In this document: positions 49,271 to 56,116 of the stretch, one piece after another
Layout: every line of letters begins with the position of its first letter
Numbering within the stretch: position 1 is the stretch's first letter
DNA from: Alphaproteobacteria bacterium
GTDB lineage: Bacteria; Pseudomonadota; Alphaproteobacteria; SMXQ01
Assembly: GCA_036396355.1 (NCBI GenBank)
Contig: DASWKZ010000255.1
Span: forward strand, 1-56,116
Length of the DNA stretch: 56,116 nt
Direction: 5' to 3'
Position numbers and translations under genes: made by a program
Notes under the pieces: model-generated
What the model was told of the DNA's origin: nothing
Database searches by the model: none
The model's input: the letters and a program-made list of their open reading frames with translations, nothing else

Positions 49271-49812
49271 ACATCCCCAATCTCATCAGCCTGGCTCGGC
49301 TGCTATCCGTGCCCATCCTCGTATGGGCCATCGTAGATGGCCGTATGGGGCTGGCATTCTGGCTGTTCGCAGTCGCCGGCCTGTCCGACGCCGTGGATGG
49401 GTTCATCGCCAAGCGCTTCGGATCTCAGTCGGTCGTAGGTGGCTACCTCGATCCCCTTGCCGATAAGGCGCTCCTGATGAGCGTCTATATCACGCTCGGG
49501 AGCGAGGGGTACCTGCCCAACTGGATCGTCATCCTGGTGGTGTCCCGGGATGTGATGATAATCGGTGGGGTGTTGCTCTATCACACGCTCACGCACAACC
49601 TCGCGATGACGCCGATTCTTATAAGTAAGATCAATACGTTGGCTCAGATTCTTCTGGCTGCATTTACGCTCGGGTCCTATGCGATGGAGGTCGAAATCAA
49701 TATCGCCTATATCGCCCTGGTCTGGCTTGTCGCGGTGACCACCATCCTGTCAGGGGCAAGCTACCTGGTCCGCTGGGTCCGGAAGGCGGCCACGATGGAG
49801 GATGCGCCATGA
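49267..49812 (+). CDS. CDP-alcohol phosphatidyltransferase family protein (PgsA-like / possible CDP-DAG-dependent cardiolipin synthase)
   Basis: NIPN.ISL.R....P......., the motif DAVDGFIAKRFGSQSVVGGYLDPLADK (D-G-x2-A-R...G...D...D), and 4-5 TM segments. It has ATGA overlaps with both neighbours. Confidence 0.8.
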   Translation: MNIPNLISLARLLSVPILVWAIVDGRMGLAFWLFAVAGLSDAVDGFIAKRFGSQSVVGGYLDPLADKALLMSVYITLGSEGYLPNWIVILVVSRDVMIIGGVLLYHTLTHNLAMTPILISKINTLAQILLAAFTLGSYAMEVEINIAYIALVWLVAVTTILSGASYLVRWVRKAATMEDAP

Positions 49813-50900
49813 TCGTATCGCGGCGTGATTTCATCTGGGCGGCCGCCCTTCTGTTTACGTTGTTCGGGCTCCATCTGCTGAGCCCGATTCTCCTTCCATT
49901 CGTCGTTGGCGCCGCAGTGGCCTACTTCTTTGATCCCGTGGTGGAGCGGCTGAATCGGCGAAGAATGAGCCGCGCACTCGGCGCATGGCTCGTCCTAATC
50001 GTGTTCTTCCTTCTAGCGGGTCTTCTTCTGTTTTTCCTGTTCCCACTGCTGGAGTCGCAAATCGTCGAGTTGGCGCGGAGGCTTCCACATCTCCTACGCG
50101 TACTCCAGGATCGGATCGCCGCCTTCATCGGGACCGTCGGCGCGGAACTCAGTCCCGCCGACATCGAACGGATTAAGGATGCCGCTGGTGGAGTCGTGGA
50201 CGATGCCGCGAAGATCGTCGGCAATCTGCTTGGGGATTTGTGGAACAGCGGTCTCGCGCTCGTGAATTTACTGTCTCTGATCTTCATTTCGCCGCTGGTG
50301 GCTTTCTACATGTTGCGCGACTGGGATCGCATCGTCACCAAGATCGATAGTTGGTTACCTCGACAGCATGCCGACACGATCCGGGCTCTTGCCCGAGAGT
50401 GCGACGACATGATCAGCGCGTTCATCCGTGGAGCGGGGACGGTGTGCCTGATTCTTGCCGTTTATTACGGAGTCGCGCTGACGGTGATTGGCCTCGAATT
50501 CGGCTTGGCAATCGGTATCGTGGCGGGACTGATTTCTTTCATACCCTTCGTAGGCGCAGCGGCGGGCTTCGTGGCCGCGGTGGGTGTCGCGGTCGTTCAA
50601 TTCGGGGATATGCTTCCCGTCGTAATGACGGCAGGGGTGTTCGTGGTGGGCCAGGCCCTTGAAGGCAATTTCCTGACGCCCGCCCTGATCGGCGGTCGCA
50701 TTCGTCTGCACCCCGTGTGGGTGATCTTTGCAATACTGGCAGGCGGCCTCCTATTCGGATTCGTGGGCGTGCTTCTGGCGGTTCCGGTTGCGGCCGTGAT
50801 CGGTGTCCTCTTTCGCTACGGCATTGCCCGCTACCTCGAGAGTCGCCTCTACCTTGGCGTGCGTGGATCAGATATCGATGGGGAGGGGCAATCCCTGTGA
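49809..50900 (+). CDS. AI-2E (PerM/YhhT) family transporter
   Basis: About 8 TM helices, and a C-terminal core F.IPF.G...G..........F........V......Q.LEGN.L.P.L.G....L.P. typical of the family. Confidence 0.85.
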   Translation: MIVSRRDFIWAAALLFTLFGLHLLSPILLPFVVGAAVAYFFDPVVERLNRRRMSRALGAWLVLIVFFLLAGLLLFFLFPLLESQIVELARRLPHLLRVLQDRIAAFIGTVGAELSPADIERIKDAAGGVVDDAAKIVGNLLGDLWNSGLALVNLLSLIFISPLVAFYMLRDWDRIVTKIDSWLPRQHADTIRALARECDDMISAFIRGAGTVCLILAVYYGVALTVIGLEFGLAIGIVAGLISFIPFVGAAAGFVAAVGVAVVQFGDMLPVVMTAGVFVVGQALEGNFLTPALIGGRIRLHPVWVIFAILAGGLLFGFVGVLLAVPVAAVIGVLFRYGIARYLESRLYLGVRGSDIDGEGQSL

Positions 50901-51616
50901 CATCCGGAAGGTTCCGCTCGAGGCAACCCGGAGGACGCCTCCGCGTGGCTCAGTATCCGCTCCCGTTCGCGCATCGTCCGAGCCTTCTTGGCGAAGACTT
51001 CCTGGTGGGTTCCTGCAATGCCGAGGCCATCGCCTGGATCGATCGGTGGCCGGATTGGCCGCATGCGGCGCTGATGGTCGTGGGGCCCCCAGGCGCGGGG
51101 AAGACCCATCTCGCAGCCGTCTTTGCCGCCCGCAGCGGAGCCGTGATGGCCGGATCCCGGACAATGACCGCGAGGAGTGTCGGAGCCCTCGCCAATGCGG
51201 ATGCGATCATACTTGATGATGCCGACGGCCTGTTCGCGGGGTCTGAGGCGGAGACGTCCCTGTTTCATCTATTGAACCGCCTTGTGGGCACCAGGGGGCG
51301 GCTCTTGCTTACCGCTCGCACCGCGCCTGCGCGTTGGGACCTGTCGCTTCCCGATCTGTCATCCCGGCTGAATGCGCTCCCCATGGCCCTGATCGGAGCA
51401 CCGGACGACTCGCTCTTGAGCGCATTGCTGCTGAAGCAGTTCGCGGACCGCCAACTGCAGGTCGGGGATGATGAGATACGGTTCCTGGTAGCGCGAATGG
51501 AGCGGAGTTTCGATGCCGCCCGACGGATCGTTGGTGCCATTGACAGGCGGGCGCTGGCCGAAGGACGTCCCATCACCATTCCCTTGCTGCGGAGCCTTTT
51601 GCCAAACGAAGACTGA
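50897..51616 (+). CDS. hdaA: DnaA-inactivating protein HdaA (Hda homologue)
   Basis: N-terminal clamp-binding-like motif QYPLPF, Walker A GPPGAGKTHL, and the box VII-like region L.SRL. The GTG at 50897 overlaps the AI-2E stop (GTGA). A GTG at 50945 is an alternative start. Confidence 0.75.
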   Translation: MTSGRFRSRQPGGRLRVAQYPLPFAHRPSLLGEDFLVGSCNAEAIAWIDRWPDWPHAALMVVGPPGAGKTHLAAVFAARSGAVMAGSRTMTARSVGALANADAIILDDADGLFAGSEAETSLFHLLNRLVGTRGRLLLTARTAPARWDLSLPDLSSRLNALPMALIGAPDDSLLSALLLKQFADRQLQVGDDEIRFLVARMERSFDAARRIVGAIDRRALAEGRPITIPLLRSLLPNED

Positions 51617-51637
51617 ACCGCTCGATCATTCAGGCCC

Positions 51638-52171
51638 TCAGCTTCGATTTGGCGGTATGACGAGAGCTTCGAGGTGACCGCAACCGGACGTAACGTTCGA
51701 CCATTTCGCCGCATCCAGCATCAGGACCGCCAGTGCCGCCGTCGGCAATCCCCGGCGAAGGAGAGCCACCGTCTCCTCGGCCCCAGAGGCGAGGCTGAGC
51801 GCAAGATCGTGAAGTCCGGGGTTATGCCCAATCAGGAGAACCGACGGGATATCCTCCGGCAGCGCGGCGATGCGGCGAAACAGTTCCTCGGCGGAGGCAA
51901 GGTAGATTTCACGTTGATATTGGACCATCAGGGGCACGGTTGGGCGGCTTGCCTTTGTGTACGCTGTGTTCAGGATATCGAAAGTCTGCCGTGTCCGTGC
52001 CGCGGGGGAGGCAAGCACCAGCGCGGGCTGCCAAGACCGTGCGGCAAGTTGGGTTCCGATCCAGGCCGCTGCGCGCTGGCCCCGTCGGGTCAGCGGGCGA
52101 TCGAAATCGGCATTCTGCGGATCGGCCCAACTGGATTTTCCGTGGCGCAGAAGATATAACGTCTTCGGCAT
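51638..52171 (-). CDS. Histidine-phosphatase superfamily protein, SixA-like
   Basis: [10 protein letters not shown]......D..RPLT.RG...A, SPA.R..QT, and GHNPG. Confidence 0.8.
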   Translation of the reverse strand: MPKTLYLLRHGKSSWADPQNADFDRPLTRRGQRAAAWIGTQLAARSWQPALVLASPAARTRQTFDILNTAYTKASRPTVPLMVQYQREIYLASAEELFRRIAALPEDIPSVLLIGHNPGLHDLALSLASGAEETVALLRRGLPTAALAVLMLDAAKWSNVTSGCGHLEALVIPPNRS

Positions 52172-52261
52172 CGGGGTGTGGGTTTCCGGATAACGGCATG
52201 GGGCATGGGTCGCGGAACTTTAGGCTTTCTTGGGCCCGAATGCGACCCTCGGAGGTGGTGG

Positions 52262-54469
52262 ATGGCTTCTGATGCGGCAAGTGGAAGCATGGCCCGGGCG
52301 ATCTCTTCGGGCCCGTCGGAATTGGGGCCCATCCCGGAGGAAGTGGCCCTTGACGCGATTGATCCAAATTCCCCGAAGCGCTTTCTCAATCGGGAACTCT
52401 CATGGCTCGCTTTCAATAAGCGGGTTATCGAAGAGGCCATGAACGAAAGCCATCCGCTTCTGGAGCGGGTGCGATTCCTCTCCATCTCAGCGAGCAATCT
52501 CAACGAGTTCTATATGGTACGTGTGGCCGGACTCATGGCTCAGTTGAAGGCCGGCTACGCGAGTGTATCCGAGGACGGGCTGACCGTTCGGGAACAGCTT
52601 GCCGCGATCAGTCGAGGAGCGGGCCTGGTGCTGGAACAGCAACAGGCCTGTTGGTGCATTCTGAGGGAGAAACTCGCCAGGGCGGGAATCATCGTTGCGC
52701 GTCGCGACGAATTGTCCGACGCGGAAAGAGCGTGGCTCGAGCGTCATTTCATGGAGCAGATGTTTCCGGTGTTGACGCCCATCGCGATTGACCCTGCGCA
52801 TCCCTTTCCCTTCATTACCAACCTCGGGCTGAGCCTTGTCCTGCAATTGCGCCAAACCCGGAACGAAGAGCGGATGCGGGCCCTGCTCCCCTTGCCCCCG
52901 CAGGTTCCCAGGTTCATCAGATTGCCCGGACCGGTCATCCGCTTCATTGCGATCGAGAGCGTCTTCGGCCTCTTCCTCGGGCATCTGTTCCCGGGTTTCG
53001 AAATCGAGGGGCATGGACTCTTCAGAATCATCCGTGATAGCGAGGTGGAGATCGAGGAGGAGGCGGAAGACCTCGTGCGCGTTATCTCCTCTGCCTTGGA
53101 GCGCCGCCGCCGGGGGTCGGTCATCCGACTTACCTTGTCGAAGCGTACGCCGCGAGAACTCCGCTCGTTCATCGTGAACGAGCTCAAGGTGGCAGGCTCC
53201 GATGTGTTCGACGTCGATGGTCTGTTGGGCCTCGCCGATATCAGGGAGATCATCGTCGACGAACGGCCGGACCTTCTGTTTCCTCCGTTCAGTTCGCGGT
53301 TCCCGGAGCGCATCGCAGGCTTTGGCGGTGACGCGTTTGCCGCAATTCGCGAGAAGGATCTCATCGTTCACCATCCGTTTGAGAGCTTCGATGTTGTCCT
53401 CCGGTTCCTGCGGCAGGCTGCCCGGGACCCGGCCGTGGTATCGATCAAGCAGACGTTGTATCGCACGAGCAAGGACTCACCCGTCGTCAAGGCGCTCATC
53501 GAGGCCGCCGAGGCAGGAAAATCCGTGACCGCCATGGTCGAGCTCAAGGCGCGGTTCGACGAGGAAGCCAATATCCGGTGGAGCCGCGACCTCGAACGCG
53601 CCGGCGTCCAGGTCGTGTTCGGCTTCATCAATATCAAGACCCATGCCAAGGTGTCTCTTGTGACACGGCGCGAGGGCGCCGGCCTGAGAAGCTATGTGCA
53701 TTTCGGTACCGGCAATTACCATCCGGTGACCGCGCGCCTGTACACCGATCTGTCCCTGTTCACCTGCGATCCTGCGCTGTGCCGCGATGCGGCACGCCTG
53801 TTCAACCTGATGACCGGGTATGCGCGGCCTGAGATGTTTGAGAAACTTGCCGCCTCGCCTCTCGATCTGCGAGAGACGATCATGGACCTTATCGAGAGCG
53901 AGATCGCCCATGCCAAGGCCGGGCGGCCCGCGGCCATCTGGGCGAAGATGAACCAGCTGGTCGATGGTGATGTGATCGATGCGCTCTACCGCGCATCGCA
54001 GGCCGGAGTGCGGATTGATCTGATCGTGCGAGGGATTTGCTGCCTGCGGCCGGGGGTGCCGGGGTTGTCCCAGAACATTCGGGTGCGAAGCATCGTCGGC
54101 CGCTTTCTCGAGCATTCGCGAATCATCTGCTTCGGAGGGGGCCACGGGCTTCCGTCACCCGATGCGAAGGTGTTCATATCGTCCGCGGACTGGATGCCGC
54201 GCAATCTGAATTGGCGAATCGAGACCCTAGTCTCCATAGAGAACCCAACCGTGCATGCGCAGGTCCTCGACCAGATCATGGTCGCTAATCTGAGGGACAA
54301 CGTGCAGGCCTGGATTCTTCGATCGGATGGCACCTATCGCCGCATTGAGACCTCCGGTGAGCGGTTCTGCGCCCATGAGTACTTCCTGACGCATCCGTCG
54401 CTTTCGGGAAGGACAATCAGGGAACCCGCACCCGGCAGCATTCTCAAGCGGTTTATCTGGAAGGGCTGA
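52262..54469 (+). CDS. ppk: Polyphosphate kinase 1
   Basis: F.NRELSWL.FN.RV..EA, PLLER..FL.I...NLDEF-like ([13 protein letters not shown]), and two PLD-like HKD regions (KTHAKV..V.R; RFLEHSR). The ATG at 52262 is preceded by GGAGG at a 6-nt spacing. Confidence 0.9.
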   Translation: MASDAASGSMARAISSGPSELGPIPEEVALDAIDPNSPKRFLNRELSWLAFNKRVIEEAMNESHPLLERVRFLSISASNLNEFYMVRVAGLMAQLKAGYASVSEDGLTVREQLAAISRGAGLVLEQQQACWCILREKLARAGIIVARRDELSDAERAWLERHFMEQMFPVLTPIAIDPAHPFPFITNLGLSLVLQLRQTRNEERMRALLPLPPQVPRFIRLPGPVIRFIAIESVFGLFLGHLFPGFEIEGHGLFRIIRDSEVEIEEEAEDLVRVISSALERRRRGSVIRLTLSKRTPRELRSFIVNELKVAGSDVFDVDGLLGLADIREIIVDERPDLLFPPFSSRFPERIAGFGGDAFAAIREKDLIVHHPFESFDVVLRFLRQAARDPAVVSIKQTLYRTSKDSPVVKALIEAAEAGKSVTAMVELKARFDEEANIRWSRDLERAGVQVVFGFINIKTHAKVSLVTRREGAGLRSYVHFGTGNYHPVTARLYTDLSLFTCDPALCRDAARLFNLMTGYARPEMFEKLAASPLDLRETIMDLIESEIAHAKAGRPAAIWAKMNQLVDGDVIDALYRASQAGVRIDLIVRGICCLRPGVPGLSQNIRVRSIVGRFLEHSRIICFGGGHGLPSPDAKVFISSADWMPRNLNWRIETLVSIENPTVHAQVLDQIMVANLRDNVQAWILRSDGTYRRIETSGERFCAHEYFLTHPSLSGRTIREPAPGSILKRFIWKG

Positions 54470-54474
54470 AGCGC

Positions 54475-55980
54475 GTGTCCCAGCCGCGTGTCATACCGTT
54501 GGCCGCCGCCCACGGCAGCCAGCCCCTCACTGCCGTCATAGACATCGGCTCCAACTCGGTGCGCATGGTTGTGTTCTCCGGCACCGGACGGGCGCCGGTG
54601 CCGATATTCAATGAGCGGACTCTTTGCGGGCTTGGGCGTTCGCTCAATGCGACGGGGCGGCTCGATCCTCACGGGGTCGAGACCGCGCTCAAGCATCTTG
54701 CGCGCTTTGCGGCCCTTACCAAGGCAATGGATGTGAGTACCAAGGAGGTGCTTGCGACCGAGGCCGTGCGCGCGGCGGCCGATGGCGACGCCTTCGTGGC
54801 GGAGGCGGAGGTCGCCTTGGGGGCCCCGATAACCATTCTCGACGGCGAGACCGAGGCCGAGGCCTCGGCCCTGGGCGTTGTTTCGGGAATCCCGGACGCC
54901 GACGGGATCATGGGGGACCTCGGGGGTGGGAGCCTCGAGGTTGTGGCCCTTGACCGGGGTGTGCCGGGCACGCGGGCGACCCTTCCGCTTGGGTCCCTCA
55001 GACTGAGGGAGGACGTGCAGGGAGCCACCGACAAGGCGCGCAAACTCGTGGATGCGGCGTTGAAACAAGTGGACTGGCTGGGGGAGATTCGGGGGCGAAC
55101 GTTCTATCCGGTCGGCGGTGCCTGGCGCGCGTTCGCGAGCGTGCATATGGGGCATTATGACTATCCGCTGCACATAATCGACCAGTACAGCCTCAGTCGC
55201 GCAGAGGCGTTGTCGCTCCTGACGCTGGTCTCCGGCCTGAGCTTGCGTTCACTCGCGAAAATTCCACGAGTGCCGAAGGCGCGACTGGCCACCTTGCCAA
55301 CAGCCGCCGTCGTCATGGAGAGATTGATCAGCCTTGTGCGCCCCGCACGTATCGTGTTCTCGGCGAATGGCCTGAGGGAAGGCTGGCTTTACCGTCGTCT
55401 GCCCATGGCATGCCGCGCGGAGGACCCACTCATCGCGGGATGTAGCGATTACGCTGCCCGTACATCCCGCTTCAGATTCCCAAGCGAAGCACTGAGCGAT
55501 TGGATCACACCGTTATTTCCCAATCAATCCCCACGGCAGGCACGTCTCTTGTACGCGGCCGCGATTCTTTCCGACATCGGGTGGCGCGACCATCCGGACT
55601 ACCGCGCCCAAGACATGTTCAGCCGAGTGCTCCACCTTCCGGTTACGGGGTTGGACCACGCGGAGCGCGTGATCTTGGCGTTCGCGGTGAGCGCAAGTTA
55701 TGGAGGCGGGCGAAGGGGTCCCGCCCATGGCTTGGTCCGACCATTGATCAACGACCGGGAATTGGACTTCGCGATGAATCTGGGTCGAGCGCTCCGTTTA
55801 GCACGCACTCTTTCAGGCGGTGCCATGGAGATGTTGCACGCGGCGCAGTTGGAACTCACCCCCACCCATGTCGTGCTGCGGCTGCCCAAGGGGGCAAGCT
55901 ATCTGGTAAGCGATACGACCGCCCGGCGATTCTCGGTCCTGGCTCAGGGTCTCCATCGCCGCGCCCGGGTCGTTGCCTAG
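54475..55980 (+). CDS. ppx: Exopolyphosphatase (full-length Ppx/GppA with a C-terminal HD-like domain)
   Basis: AVIDIGSNSVRMVVF, DLGGGSLE, a C-terminal helical HD-type domain (DIGW..H....), and the ppk-ppx operon context. Confidence 0.9.
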   Translation: MSQPRVIPLAAAHGSQPLTAVIDIGSNSVRMVVFSGTGRAPVPIFNERTLCGLGRSLNATGRLDPHGVETALKHLARFAALTKAMDVSTKEVLATEAVRAAADGDAFVAEAEVALGAPITILDGETEAEASALGVVSGIPDADGIMGDLGGGSLEVVALDRGVPGTRATLPLGSLRLREDVQGATDKARKLVDAALKQVDWLGEIRGRTFYPVGGAWRAFASVHMGHYDYPLHIIDQYSLSRAEALSLLTLVSGLSLRSLAKIPRVPKARLATLPTAAVVMERLISLVRPARIVFSANGLREGWLYRRLPMACRAEDPLIAGCSDYAARTSRFRFPSEALSDWITPLFPNQSPRQARLLYAAAILSDIGWRDHPDYRAQDMFSRVLHLPVTGLDHAERVILAFAVSASYGGGRRGPAHGLVRPLINDRELDFAMNLGRALRLARTLSGGAMEMLHAAQLELTPTHVVLRLPKGASYLVSDTTARRFSVLAQGLHRRARVVA

Positions 55981-56027
55981 CCGTGCACCCCGGGGGCTTG
56001 GAATGATGGCCGCCTTGTCGGAAGGTT

Positions 56028-56116
56028 CTATGGATCTCGCGGGTCGAGGTCCAGGAGCCGGATTGCGTTTCCTTCGGCCGCAAGCGCCAGTTCTCCATGC
56101 TTGAGACGCAGCGCAT
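56028..56116 (-). CDS. 3' end of an unidentified gene running in from beyond the right edge
   Basis: The reverse frame reads ...ALRLKHGELALAAEGNAIRLLDLDPRDP* with mostly G/C third positions and converges on ppx. It is too short to assign a family. Confidence 0.3.
   Translation of the reverse strand, partial: ALRLKHGELALAAEGNAIRLLDLDPRDP

Noticed and set aside
55856-56116. An 86-aa ORF (minus strand) at the right edge.
   Set aside because: It overlaps the 3' end of ppx and is Arg/Pro/Gly-rich. Another minus-strand frame (56028-56116) has better codon bias and ends cleanly downstream of ppx, so that frame is reported instead, at low confidence.

Overview
This is a high-GC, very gene-dense stretch of core chromosome. 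Its gene order is typical of an alphaproteobacterium (Rhodospirillales-like), though that is inferred from synteny only. I can support 57 protein-coding genes and 1 tRNA (tRNA-Gln CUG), plus one 3' gene fragment at the right edge; most are recognisable housekeeping genes.

Gene order, left to right:
- cytochrome c fragment, LysM protein, psd-pssA, PhtD-like decarboxylase, MscS channel, tandem RidA-like protein, tRNA-Gln
- short Ppx/GppA phosphatase and rlmE, host-attachment (baeRF12) protein, guaB-guaA, parvulin, DUF2794
- yfgM-like/bamB/der, SDR/purF/cvpA/radA, mlaF-mlaE, alr-dnaB, cfa
- rplI/rpsR/rpsF, fabD-fabG-acpP-fabF-mltG, SDR, yicC-gmk
- rsmA-pdxA-surA-lptD-lptG-lptF, divergent pepA-holC, ndk
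- a 40-aa aa3-oxidase-subunit-IV-like ORF that is missing from the ORF track, then purN-purM
- DUF2066/PgsA-like/AI-2E permease/hdaA, SixA-like phosphatase, ppk-ppx

I found no CRISPR array, transposase, integrase, phage gene, toxin-antitoxin pair or recognisable defence gene. The only non-coding gap longer than about 250 nt is the rpsR-rplI spacer. I therefore do not see evidence for a new accessory system in this window.

The points most worth a second look:
- the stop-start-coupled DUF2066/CDP-alcohol-transferase/AI-2E/HdaA operon
- the unlisted 40-aa membrane ORF
- the tandem RidA-like protein
- the orphan baeRF12 protein
- mlaEF without mlaD
- the long spacer inside the S6-S18-L9 operon

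All family assignments come from reading motifs in the translations. No database search was run.
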